Shown: positions 26,382 to 39,283 of the stretch, one piece after another | Numbering within the stretch: the first letter of the stretch is position 1 | How the letters are laid out: the number at the start of each line of letters is the position of its first letter | Assembly: GCF_001194135.2 (NCBI RefSeq) | Contig: NC_068998.1 | Location: 24,464,206-24,528,205, forward strand | Origin: Octopus bimaculoides | Taxonomy: Eukaryota | Direction of reading: 5' to 3' | Length of the DNA: 64,000 bases | Notes under the pieces: model-generated | What the model was told of the DNA's origin: nothing | Database searches by the model: none | What the model saw: only the letters and a program-made list of their open reading frames with translations | Translations under genes and position numbers: made by a program

Positions 26382-26755
26382 TGTGGAGGAGCAATGGCCC
26401 AGTGGTTAGGGCAGTGGACTCACAGTCATAGGATCGCGGTTTTGATTCCCAGACCGGGCGCTGTGAATGTTTATTGAGCGAAAACACCCAAAGCTCCACG
26501 AGGCTCCAGCAGGGGAGGGTGGCGAACCTTGCTGTACTCTTCCACCACAACTTTCTCTCACTCTTACTTCCTGTTGTGCCTGTAATTCAAAGGGTCAGTC
26601 TTGTCACACTGTGTCACGCTGAATATCCCACCGAGAACTACGTTAAGGGTACACGTGTCTGTGGAGTGCTCAGCCACTTGCACATTAATTTCATGAGCAG
26701 GCTCTTCCGTTGAAGTGGAACCCTCAACATCGTAAGCGACGGAGTGCCAACAACA

Positions 26756-26757
<2 letters not shown>
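26382..26757 (+). mobile_element. tRNA-derived SINE family D, full copy
   Basis: A box TGGCCCAGTGG, B-box-like GTTTTGATTCCC, body distinct from families A-C, (CAA)n tail. Confidence 0.75.
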
Positions 26758-26786
<29 letters not shown>

Positions 26787-26837
26787 ATATACATGCACAT
26801 AAATACATACACATACACTATATATATATATATATAG

Positions 26838-26871
<34 letters not shown>

Positions 26872-27484
26872 GTATGTGTGTCTGTGTAAAGGAAGAAAAA
26901 GAGAGAATGTGAATATTATGGTATTCCCTTTTAACAAGATGGAAATGATTCTCAGCTACATAAAAGTCTGTCACCTTGCTGAGACCTTCAACTGCAATGA
27001 TGACTCAGTTACCATGACCACAAGATTACCTTAATGATTATATTTATTGGTGCCAAATTCTGGTATTATTACATGCATAGCTATTTCTAAAGAAAGCCAT
27101 ATCATTACACTCTGTCTGAATATGAAAAGGATAATAATGACTAAAAAGTTTCAGGCACTTACCTGAAAAGGACAATAGGAACAAGTAACTTCAATTACAG
27201 CCATTAGCACAATTTTAGACTCTTGCAGTCTAATATTTGCTGGGAATACATAAAAGAAGTAATTAGTCTTTTCAGGGTTACGTGAGTAAAAAAAAAAAAG
27301 AATTAAATATTTATTATGAAATATGGGAAGGTATATACAATAGAAGTGATAGAAAGAATAGTGTGCAAGTATCTAGTTATTTGGATGGTTGGAGGATCCA
27401 CATTCAGTAGGTGATGAGGATGAGAGATTATTAGAGAGGAAGAAGACACAGCAGAAGTATGTGTTGTATAGGGAGACTGAATAA

Positions 27485-27782
27485 TTCTTTTATCTTTTAT
27501 CTTTTATTTTTTATTGTCATTTGACTGTGGCCATGCTGGAGCACCACCTTAAAGGATTTTAGTAGAACAAATCAACGCCAGGACTTATAGTTTTTTAAGC
27601 CTAGTACTTATTCTATCAGTCACTTTTTGTCAAACCACTAAGTTACAGAGATGTAAACACACCAACACCAGTTGTCAAGCAGTGGTGAGGGACAGACACA
27701 GACACAAAGACACACACATAGATATATACATATATATATGTGTGTGTGTGTGTGTGTGTATATAGATATGTATACATATACA

Positions 27783-27818
<36 letters not shown>

Positions 27819-28034
27819 NNNNNNNNNNNNNNNNNNNNNNNNNNNNNNNNNNNNNNNNNTGTGTGTGTGTGTGTGTGTAAAACAGGCTTCTTTCAGTTTC
27901 TGCTTCCAAATCCAATCACGAAGTTTTGGTTAGTCCAAGGCTATAACAGAAGACACTTGCTCAAGGTGTCACACAGTGAACTGAATCTGAAACCATGTGG
28001 TTGGGAAGCAAGCTTCTTAACACACTGCCACAGG
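27485..28034 (-). mobile_element. SINE family A, full copy
   Basis: Collinear with 1480-1915; internal TG/TA microsatellite with N gap. Confidence 0.8.
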
Positions 28035-28208
28035 AAAGATTTTCTTGTTGGATATTTTAAAATGCACTTCTCAAACTCTACTTCTGAGCTGTTATAAATC
28101 TATTTTTTGAAGTCACCCAAATTATTGCTCTACACTACGATCTTACAAGGTTATTAGAAACATAGAGCAGAAAATGAGATGTAATAAATGTCTCACAAGG
28201 ATATTTAC

Positions 28209-28418
28209 CCCTCTACTATTCAGACTGATTCATCAAATGTGATACCTATTAATTCCCATTGTTTTGAATTAATCAAGTCACTTTGAGATTTTGATGGTGT
28301 CAGTGTTTATTTTTAGAATGACATAATAGGGTAGATGGGAGAGGCTAAATCTGGCCAGTTTGAACACAAAACATGTAAAATTATTTGGCTAGATATGACT
28401 AGCTTAAATGCTAATGGG
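28209..28418. mobile_element. piggyBac-type MITE (~210 bp)
   Basis: Ends ...AATGCTAATGGG followed by TTAA (28419-28422); left end CCCTCT after degenerate TTAC; same family as 36723-36942 in opposite orientation. Confidence 0.65.
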
Positions 28419-29089
28419 TTAAGGAAAATTGTTTGACATGTTCTTAATATTACCTTCAAAATATCAGAATTATAGTGATAACAGTTTCTTAAGCAAGTAT
28501 TCATTATTCACAGCAATTTATGTTTCAACATTCACAAAACATTGAGTAAAACCCAATGAAGAAGAAATCATATTACATGTTGACATAGGAATCACTGAGT
28601 GATTAACAAATTTGCTTGTGAATCATGAGGTCTTATATTGAATTCATCTGTGTTACATTTGGGGCAAGTATCTTTATCAATGCCTTGGATTGATTCTTGA
28701 CTTGTAAATGAATATGAGTAGACTTAAATTCTGCAAAAGCTCAAAGGATGAATTATTCATGTAATTCAGAAGTCCAGCCCTGTCATGTATTGTATAACAT
28801 TGGAAACTGCAATAAAGGTAGATATGGCTATGAGGTATACTGCGGTTTACAAGGTAATTTAATAAGTCATCAGTTCATTTAATTAAACACCTAAGTGCTC
28901 AATAGCAAAAGTAATAGAGTTTCAATCACTATTCTTTTTCTTTGCTTTCACAAATTCCCATGACTCTGTCACCATCCAATTCCATTATTACAAATTTGAA
29001 TTGGAACATGGGTCATAATGAATCTTTCATTAGCTGATTACACAACCAGGGACATCAACCCTAAGTATGCATTGCAGTTATTCTTTTGA

Positions 29090-29570
29090 TAGAGCTTATA
29101 TCTTGACATTTTAGTGGGAGATGGAACTAATTGATTAATATGACACCTGGGTTTACTGGTACTTATGTTATCAAGGCAAAGTCTCCCTCAACAGAATTTG
29201 AACTTAGAACATGAATTCAGAAGAAATTCCACGAAGCATTTTGTCCAGCATGCTAACAATTTTGCCATCTCACCATCTTACTAATATAACATAATAATAA
29301 CATTGTCGCATCACAAAAGAAAAAAACAGGAAAAACTAACCTCTTTGGATTCATTTGCACCTTACTTCTTGTAATTATTTCTAATATTAGCCCAGGGCCC
29401 ACAATTTTGTGGGGTGAAGCAGGTTGATTATATTGACACCAGTGCTCGACTGGATTTTCTTTTATCAACCTTGTTAAAATAAATGGCAAAATTGACTATT
29501 GAAGAATTTGAACACAGAATGTAACAATTTGGAAGAAATGGTGCTAAGCTAATGATTTTGATTTTGCCAG
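29090..29570 (-). mobile_element. two degraded SINE family B copies
   Basis: Reverse-complement matches to 54884-55104 ('ggtacttat.ttatcaa', 'gaatttgaac..agaac', 'gctaa.aatttt.cca.ct'). Confidence 0.5.
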
Positions 29571-29711
29571 CTTATCACATTTCTTGTGGAGACTTTGTGG
29601 CTAATGAGTTGGTCTCATGATTGTAAAATCATGGTTTTGTTTTCTGGACATGTTGATGCATTGTGTTCTTGAGTGTTTTTATGTGGCAACAGCATCAGAG
29701 ATTTTGATGGG

Positions 29712-30030
29712 ATACCAGCACCAGTGCATTTTATGTGGCACCAGCACCAGTGCTTTTTCTTTGAGACACCAGCACCAGTGATTTTTATGTGGGGCCTGTC
29801 TCAATGCTTTTTATGAGGAATCTGTACCAGTGCTCTTTATGTGGAACCTTCACCAGTGCTTTTTATGTTGATCTAGCACCAATGCTTTTTATATGGCATC
29901 AGCACTTTTTATGCGACACTAACAACAGTGCTCTTTATGTGGAACCAGTACCAGTGTTTTTTATATGGCAACAGCACCAGTGCTTTTTATGTGGTAGCAG
30001 TACCAGTGCCTTTTATGTGGCACTGTGATT
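29712..30030. repeat. ~26-bp minisatellite, about 12 diverged units
   Basis: Unit approximately GCACCAGTGCTTTTTATGTGGCACCA. Confidence 0.8.
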
Positions 30031-30642
30031 TGTGAAAGGTTGATGAAGGAATGCCAAAGTTTAACTAGCAAATATGAATGTTAATTTTCACCCAGCATCC
30101 TTGTAATATACAATCCTACATCTATCTAAGACAGTTGCAGAGTGAAACTACTCCAAAAGTTGTATACAAACTTCATTACAATGCAGAAACATTGAAATAT
30201 AAAGAGATGAACAAATCCATAAAAGACAGAAAAAAAAAACCCTTCTGAGATAGAAACCACAGGTTGAGAGATTCATCCTCCCATTTATTTTCGCTTTCTT
30301 TCATTATCCTTATTACAGTTGGCAGTAAATTGCCTTTGATTTTTTTGTTTCTAATTTATTGCTTTTTTTTTTGTTTATTTTATTTATATATTTTCCATTA
30401 TTTCAGCAATACATAATGTTATTTCTTGTGATAGTTTAAATTTTCTTTGGAGCCAGCTTGGTGCCAAATAAATATAATCACAGATCAATATGCATTCTGT
30501 AGCATTTTGGTTTTTTTTATTTTTCGTTTTCTTGCTTATTAGATGTTTTTGTGATTTCTGTGTCAGTAACAATAACATTGGCATTCCATATTTGAACAAT
30601 CCTAACCTCAAAACGATCTTGAATGATAAGAAATTATACATG

Positions 30643-30686
<44 letters not shown>

Positions 30687-30781
30687 TACTTACATACAGG
30701 CATANNNNNNNNNNNNNNNNNNNNNNNNNNNNNNNNNNNNNNNNNNNNNNNNNNNNNNNNNNNNNNNNNNNNNNNNNNNNN

Positions 30782-30842
<61 letters not shown>

Positions 30843-32244
30843 CATATACACACATGCACACATAACATATATATATGCATTTATACACACACATATATAT
30901 ACTCATATATATGTATGCATGTATACACACACACACACATTTCCTCACTATTTTTATGAAGAACAAGATAACAATTGCTGTCTTCTTGTTTTGGTTTTTT
31001 TTATACACTATCATACTTCTCATCATTTCTATATTCCTGCTATTTTCTGCATCTTTCATAGTTGCATAGTTGTCATAATCACCACTGTTCATTATTCTGG
31101 CTCACCCTTTTATCAATACTTACATCATTGAAGTTATTTTGCATAGCTTTACATCATTTTTAGCTTCAGATAGTGGTATTTTGCAAATTTGACAAATTAG
31201 TTTCTTTTCATCTCTTGGTGAGGAGGAGGGTGAGAGCTGCTATGTTAATTATTATTTATCTCTATCTAAAGATAATTTAGTAATTTGCTTTTATATCATA
31301 TGAAATTTATTTTATCTTTTTGTTAAATTTTATTTGAGTCAGCAGATTTTTTTTTAGTCTTCAGATAAATTCTAAAATCATTTTTTATTATTATTTTGTT
31401 TTAATTATTTAAATATTTCATTAAATCACAGCTTATATCAAATGCTTTAAATACAGACTATCAAAGAGGGTGTTTGATCATCGATTCAAATGAAATTCAG
31501 ATACGTTTGGTCTATTTTTACCAAAGCAAACTACTTTGATTAATTTCTGAGTATATTCACATGCAATGAAGAAGTTTTATATTTGTATTTACCCCCCACC
31601 TTCATGTAATTAATCATCATTAATTAAATGACATTCAGTTGTGTGTTTTTTAAAGATTCTACATTTAAATTCTAATTCTGTTAAACATATTTATCCTCTG
31701 TTTTCCATTATTTTCTTCTTAATTGTTAAATTATTCATTAGTTAAAACCAATATATTTGATTATAATCATACAGGAATACATACTTCATTTCACCAAAAT
31801 AACAAAATTAATGAGTTTTCAAATAAATCTATGGAGGTTTGTGTTACTCAGAGTAAAGAAGAAATATGAAGCTGTGGTGTTCATACTTCTTCATGCTGTC
31901 TTAATCTGGAATTTATTTCTTCAGTATTAATATGAGCTTCATCACCAATATTATGATCATCCTTCCCACTTTCATAATCATTATCAGTGTTACCATTATC
32001 ACCAGCAGTATCAATGCTGTAGTTACAATCAAACTCTTCTCCAGTCACTTTGATACAGCTGTAGTTAGACTAAGAATCGAACCTCACATTTCCAGTTTCC
32101 AAGTTGGCACCAAACAAATCACATTTATGTTATATAGTATGTTTTGGTTATCAACCAGTTGGTTTACAGCGATATTTTACCATAATATGAACATTGTCTG
32201 CAACATCCTTAAAGTCCCAGCCCTTTTCTCTAGTCATTAGGGAA

Positions 32245-32650
32245 ATGTGAGAATGTGGGATACTGACAAAGAATTTATCAAACAGGCTAAATGGATGCTA
32301 CACAAGGATGTCACAAATGGTCCTAAATGTGAAATGGCAGCGACATATGACAAATGAATGTCTTTATGGAGACCTGCTAAAAGTTAGTGAGAAGATCAGG
32401 CAAAAACGGCTGCAACTATCTGGTCATTACATGTGCCACCCTGAACTGGAAGCATCCAAATTAGTCATGTGGAACCTACCTAATGGTGATGCAAGAAGAG
32501 GAGAAAGTCATCAGACTTATAATTTACATCAACAACTTAATTGCTGACACTGGCCTGGAATGTATCCAAGACCTTGAGGCTGTGATGATGGACTGAGAAG
32601 TGTGGTGAGTGGACTTTGTAGTTGTGGCCTGGATTGGAACCTAGCTATAC
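32245..32650 (+). mobile_element. RTE-clade LINE 3' fragment (second RTE family)
   Basis: LNGCYTRMSQMVLNVKWQRHMTNECLYGDLLKVSEKIRQKRLQLSGHYMCHPELEASKLVMWNLPNGDARRG; (TAA)n tail. Confidence 0.8.
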
Positions 32651-32984
32651 TAATAATAATGATGAAAACAAGCAAACCAGAGGCAGTTTAGATTTTGTTG
32701 AAGGCACAATCTCCACTCTCAACAAGTAAGCATACATGCAGAATGCACAACAGTTGTAATGAAGCAATTAGCCATTTACAGTATACAGTTTTCTTTGATG
32801 AATCCAGCTAAAAGTGACAGGAATTCTTCACAGTAATTTCAGACCAACTTTTTCCAGCCTCTTAAGCCTTACTGATCATTGCTATGGATATTAGTTATAC
32901 TGAAACTTGATTCTAACCTCCTACATCTTCACCAGCAACCATTAGAAAGTTATATAATTACATGCAATAAACCTCTCTTATATC

Positions 32985-33196
32985 TTCTTCTACTTTTCAT
33001 CTGTTTCAGTCATTAGACTGTGGCCATGCTGGAGCAGCACCTTGAAGAACATTTAGTTGAATGACTTGCTCCTGGTACTTACTTTTTAAAGTTTGGTACT
33101 TATTTCATTGGTCTCTTTTTGCCAAACCATTAAGTTATAACAACATAAACAAACCAATACTGATTGATTATCAAGTAGTGGTGGGAGACAAACACA

Positions 33197-33232
<36 letters not shown>

Positions 33233-33388
33233 TTTCTTTCAGTTTCTGTCTATCAAATCCACTCACAAGGCTTTGGTCAGCTCAAGGCTATAGTAGAAGA
33301 CACTTGCCCAAGGTACCACACAATGGGACTGAACCCAGAACCATGTGATTGGGAAGTAGGCTTCTTACCATGCAGCCATTCCTGCACC
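32985..33388 (-). mobile_element. SINE family A, full copy
   Basis: Collinear with 1480-1915. Confidence 0.8.
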
Positions 33389-33974
33389 TACAATAAAGAT
33401 ATTCCCTTATGTTCGCATTTGTCTTATATGAATAACATCCAGCACAATCTGGTGTATATGCAACAACTCATAACAACATAAAATGGCAATGGTGATGTAG
33501 CCATGCTGGAACAACTGTCATCATCGTTGTCACGATTCTAGGTCCTGTCATCACTGTGGCCCTGTTTAGAGCACACCAGTTGTAAACAATATCCAACATA
33601 AAAATAATTTCCAGACATGCAGAGGAAATTTTAACGTTACTATTAGTGATACCATGATAACATACCTTCAGTACACTCTTCATATGACCAGTGTAAACAA
33701 TGCCATCTAACAGCAGAATCTAAATAAAACTGGAATGAACAAGTGAAGCATAAATCCTTGAACCTTTCCAGAAGAATAAGTAACTGTGAATAAGAACTGA
33801 CCCAGACTGTGATAACAGTCTGGATCAGTTCTACCATTACCCATCATAGAAAATCGATATAAAACGATGATGAAGATAGTGGTGGTGGTGGTGGTGGTGG
33901 TATGACGCTGATCATGATTATCGTAATCATCATCATGATAATGGTAGTTGTGATGATGATGATGATGATGATGA

Positions 33975-34690
33975 TTGTATTATTGTTATTATGGCTGGGT
34001 TCTAACTCGGACCACAGCAACAAAGTCTACCCCCATACTTATTGGTCCACACTTCTTGGTCCTGTACATACTCCAGGCCAGTGTCTGCAATCAAGTTGTC
34101 AATGCAAGTGTGGCAACATTTTCTGCTTCTTACATCACTATGAAGCAGGTTCCACAAAACTAATTTGAATGCTTCTAGTTGAGAGTAGTGCATGCAGTGA
34201 CCAGTCAATCATAGCCATCTTTGCCTGATTTTCTAGCTAACCTTTGCAGGTCTCCATAAAGGCTTTTATTTGTCATTTGTTGCTGCCCTTTCACATTTAG
34301 GGCCATTCATTGCATCCTTGTGTATCGTCCATTTAGCCCATTTGACAATTTCTTTGTCAGTGTCCATGTTTCACAGCCATAGAACAGCACTGATTTGACA
34401 GTTGCAATGAACAGCTTGATATTTACTTGCCTGAGCAATTTGGTGCTCCAGACCTTGTTCAGTCTGTGACAGGCTGTCCATGACTTCTAGATCTTGATGT
34501 CTACTTCCAAACTGCTCACCCAATCATTTAAGTACTTGATGTTTTCAGCAACATACAATTTGGAACCACTCAAAGCAAATAATTCAGCATCACTTGATTG
34601 GTTGAAAGACATGTATTCCATTTTCTTGACAGTTGTGAGCAGTCCTATTTTAGCAGCTGATGCTTTTTTCTCTGCTAAGCAGTTTTTGAG
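33975..34690 (-). mobile_element. RTE-clade LINE 3' fragment, same family as 32245-32650
   Basis: AAKIGLLTTVKKMEYMSFNQ...IKYLNDWVSSLEVDIKI...VLFYGCETWTLTKKL...YTRM; (AAT/CAT)n tail toward 33.9 kb. Confidence 0.8.
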
Positions 34691-35063
34691 CTTGATTTTA
34701 ATGGTTGTGTAATTGTCATCATTGTCATTATTGTTATCATTTTTATCATTGTCCACAATAATGATGAGGACAAACAGCTGTGGTTGTGATGATATGCTGC
34801 TGTTTCTATTGTGCAACTTTTGCTTAAAATTACATATTAAAATTGCTGTATCTCAAATTCCTTAGTTTTATTCAGCTGACGCAAATAGGAACTTCACATT
34901 TGATTATTTCATTACAAGCCATCCAAAGCTGTTATTGTTACATGCTGCTTATATTAAGTATCATGTCAACCCTGATCACTTTCCCTCATACCTTACCATC
35001 TTAATGAGAATAATGACACTCTGAAGACAATGTTGCTGTAAAGAAATATAGCTTGACCACACT

Positions 35064-35125
<62 letters not shown>

Positions 35126-35659
35126 TTAATGTCCCCTTTTCCATGCTGGCATGAGTTGGACATTACATACTACATGAATTCAAAACAAACTCTTCAGCAA
35201 TGGAAGTATCAAAGAAATGTGTTTTGTCTGCAGAAATGAATCTTCAAGAGTCCAGACATGCTCACAATGAGTTGATCAGTTTTGCTTGGAAAAGTTTTCT
35301 CCCACAATTTGTCATTGATCTAGTAATCGAAGTTCTGTCAATATTGCCTTTTTAAAAATTGTAATTGAAGAAAGTCCAAACCAAACATGAGAATTAGCAA
35401 AACAGTTCAATTCTAGTCACACTTGAACCATAAAACATCTTCACGAACTACAAAATGTATCTAAATTTGATCAGTGAGTCCTTCACCATCTGTCTACTTC
35501 TCAGCTTAATCAAGGCATTGCCCTCTTATCATCATTAAGGACTAAACTTGCTGGCAAACCTTCCCTGGGTTGAATCATCACAAATGATGTGAAGTGGGTT
35601 CTCTATAATTATATATATGGAAACAATAATGCTTAGCACCCACTGATGAAGAAGATACA

Positions 35660-35875
35660 AGGTGGTAAGCTGGTAGAATCATTAGCATGCTGGACAAAAC
35701 ACTTAGCTTCATTTTGTTCATCTTTATGTTCTGAGTACAGATTCTTCAGAGGTTTACTTTGCCCTTCATCCTTTCAGGGTCAATAAAATAAGTACCGGTT
35801 GAGTACTTGGGCTAATCTAATTGACTTACCCTTTCCCTGAAATTGCTGGCCTTGTACCAAAACTTGAAAGCAACG
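35660..35875 (+). mobile_element. tRNA-derived SINE family B
   Basis: AAGGTGGTAAGCTGGTAGAATCATTAGCA head, collinear with 54884-55104. Confidence 0.7.
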
Positions 35876-35899
35876 ATGAAGAAGATTTCATTACCAAAT

Positions 35900-36350
35900 C
35901 AGGACACATCCAAAAAAAACTTTTGCTGTTTTTCGTGGACATGAAGGGGTCATCTATTCAAAAGAGTTAACCAAAACGTTAAACCAAAATTAATGTATTA
36001 AGTATTGCTGTCAAAAATTTACTGCAAAAGTGCTCACTCATCAATGGTAAATCATAAAGGGATAATGCAAGACCACATATTACCCAAGAAACTTAGGAAA
36101 AGATTCTGGCGTTGAATATGAAAGATTTGTCTCATCCTTCTCACTCGATCGTCTTTTCAGATATTTGCAACCTTATTTCGAACGAAAACAGTTTATTAAC
36201 TGTGAAGAGGTTAAATATGATATTGAATGTTTCTTTGTTTCAAAATCTGAAGAATTTTATGCTTGAGGAATCAACAATTTGCCACTTTAGATGGCATTAT
36301 GTTATCAATCATGAGGGGAAATATTATCTTTATAAAATATTCCAATTAAG
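35900..36350 (+). pseudogene. mariner transposase C-terminal relic
   Basis: DNARPHITQET*EKI, HPSHS (degenerate HPPYSPD), EEVKYDIECFFVSKSEEFYA*GINNL..RW. Confidence 0.7.
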
Positions 36351-36722
36351 TCCAAAGAAACATTTATTTTTTTTCCCATCTGAACTCTGACAGGGCTTTC
36401 ATCTATTTATATATATATATATCTAGATCATATATCTATTCAGTCAAATCTGACTTAGAGCTAAAGAGAATTTAAAACAATAAATATCATGTTGCTGGTG
36501 ATAAGAATTATATGTTCGTGATCATAATTTAATTTGATTATGTGCAAAACAATATTTAATGGAGAGATAGTAAAATAAATGAAAAGTTAAAAAAATGTAA
36601 GACAATAATTTACTTATAATATCATATCTATTTTTTTAATTACAGGTATTAAGAAACATACAAGAGTTAAGGTAATGTGGTCTGTGTCTAAAACAACATA
36701 TTAAAAGGTTTCAAAAATTTAA

Positions 36723-36942
36723 CCCTTTAACATTTAAACTGGCTATAACCAGCCCAAATATTTGACCTGTTTTTATGCTCAAACTGGCAAAATCTGGTTT
36801 CTCATACCTACACTACAATGCTATTCTAAAAATATTAGTCATATCATCAAAATCTCAAAGCTATGAGACAGTGCATGATTAATTCAAAACAGTTTGAGTA
36901 AAAGAGTATTGCGTCTGACAGAGTAACCTGAACGCTAAAGGG
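36723..36942. mobile_element. piggyBac-type MITE (~220 bp)
   Basis: TTAA (36719-36722) + CCCTTTAACATT...GAACGCTAAAGGG inverted termini; right TTAA not preserved. Confidence 0.7.
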
Positions 36943-37149
36943 AGGACTTATTAGTGTTGAATTATAAGTGAATAAATATTTTAAAATTTCTTGCTAATGG
37001 TACAATTTAAACATACATAAGAGTCAATTATCAGTAACTGTTGATTGTTAATAACTACTAGCAGTAGGCAGAATTTAATTACTATCAAATATATATTTTA
37101 AAAATTATCAGTGTTGGCATAATTATCCAACATCAATACTTTAAAAACT

Positions 37150-37390
37150 CTGCTACTGCTGCTGCTTCTTCTTCTTCTTCTTCTTCTTCTTCTTCTTCTT
37201 CTTCTTCTTCTTCTTCTTTTCCTCCTCCTCCTCCTCTCCCTCCCTCCTTCCTCCCTTCTTCTCTTACTCTACCTCCTCTTCATCATCATCATCATCATCA
37301 TCTTCATCATCCTTCTCATTCTCCTTCTGCACCTTCCTTTGTTCTTCCCTTCTTTTTCTTTTCCTCCTTTTCCTCCTCCTCCTTCTTCAA
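37150..37390. repeat. compound (CTT)n/(CCT)n/(CAT)n polypyrimidine tract
   Basis: Direct reading. Confidence 0.9.
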
Positions 37391-38361
37391 GTGGTTACAG
37401 CTGTAATGTGTTCTCCATGCTACGTCAGGAATCCTTGTCTCCCACTAGCTTCGGAAGCCCCCCCCCACCATTTCATATTATGTGCTTTTGTCAATAACAA
37501 TATCAGTCATCATCCTCTTTTAAAGTATGAAAGTCTGCATTACATAACATCTGAATGGCCTGTTGCTCAGCAATATAACAGTAGACAGCAAGATCTACTC
37601 CATATAGTACAACAATAGTAGACAGGGTGGAATGTGTTCATAAATCTATTTGTTCTTGTGCATATACCATGAGATGATTTTGGTTCTTCTAATAAACCTT
37701 GAGCATATATCATTAAGACAATGGCAATCTTGACGCACTTTCTTCATAGTCATTTAATCCATAGAATAAGATGCAAATAGTGCACAATCAAGGCTTGTCC
37801 CTGGTGTGTCAAGAAGTCTTTCTTATTGTCACTAAGAATGTCTTTAATGCACAAATAATTCTAAAACATCAGAACAATAAAGTATGTGTCAAAGGAAATA
37901 ATTATTTCAACTAATTTATCATAGGACATTAAACAAAAGTTACACTTAACAGGTGCGCAAGACGAGGCAAAATAGCAGTAATATACTAATGACAAGAAAT
38001 TAGTAAACATCAAAGAATGAACAGGGAGTGGAATAATTAGGAATTAGTGATACAAAGAAAGTAAATAGAAAAGAGGGGAGAAAAACGATATCTTCATATT
38101 ATTTATAGAAAGAATTGTGTACACACATATAATTACAATCCACATTTCAGAGGTATGTATCCACTCATAGAGTTTACTGTAAATACCTAAAGGTTAAATT
38201 GAAAGTGATGTTATGGCAACTTTTTTTTTTCTTTTCAACATTTAAGATTAGCAATTTCAGTATGTTTACTTAAGAAGTAACATTGTATGACAGTTGCACA
38301 TGTTCGGTAAAATTGATTATTCACTTACGCACATTGTGTGAGTGTGTGTACACACATACAC

Positions 38362-38476
<115 letters not shown>

Positions 38477-38492
38477 ATGTTTGTATATATAT

Positions 38493-38651
38493 AGGCACAG
38501 GAGTGGTTGTGTGGTAAGAAGCTTGCTTCCCAAACACATGGTTCTGGGTTCAGTCCCACTGCGTGGCACCTTGGGCAAGTGTCTTCTATTATAGACTCAG
38601 GCTGACCAAAGTAAGTGGTATACAGAAACTGAAAGAAGCCTGTCATATTTA

Positions 38652-38700
<49 letters not shown>

Positions 38701-38935
38701 TTATGTATATATATATGTGTATTTGTACATCTGTATTTGTGCCTCACCATTGCTTGACAACCAATGTTGGTGTGTTTATGTCCCCGAAACTTAGTGGTTC
38801 AGCAAAAGAGACTGATAGAATAAGTACTAGGCTTACAAAGAATAAGCCCTGGGGTTGATTTGTTCAACTAAAGGCAATACTCCAGCATGGCCACAATCAA
38901 GCGGCTCAAACAAGTAAAAGAAAACAATAAAAGAA
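38493..38935 (+). mobile_element. SINE family A, full copy
   Basis: AGGCACAGGAGTGGTTGTGTGGTAAG head, GGTTCAGTCCC B box, GGCACCTTGGGCAAGTGTCTTC CORE-like block, (AAAAG) tail. Confidence 0.85.
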
Positions 38936-38949
38936 TATATGTGCATATA

Positions 38950-39084
38950 GTGGTTGGCGTTAGGAAGGGCATCCAGCTGTAGAAACTCTGCCAAATTAGA
39001 TTGGAGCCTGGTGTTGCCATCCGGTCTGACCAGTCCTCAGTCAAATCGTCCAACCCATGCTAGCATGGAAAGCGGACGTTAAAC

Positions 39085-39126
<42 letters not shown>
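38950..39126 (+). mobile_element. RTE 3'-tail copy
   Basis: GTGGTTGGCGTTAGGAAGGGCATCCAGC...GGAAAGCGGACGTTAAAC(GAT)n. Confidence 0.85.
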
Positions 39127-39211
39127 ATATATACATATATATATATATATTTTTTTTTTTAATCTTTTATAGTTTCAGCTTAGAACTGCGGCCATGCTGA
39201 TGCACCGCCGT

Positions 39212-39283
<72 letters not shown>

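Noticed and set aside
26382-26460. tRNA gene candidates at SINE heads
   Set aside because: A/B boxes are present but they run into repeated SINE bodies and I could not fold a full cloverleaf.
29712-30030. CRISPR-like regular repeats (also 44110-44435)
   Set aside because: Head-to-tail diverged units with no unique spacers, no cas genes, eukaryotic context.
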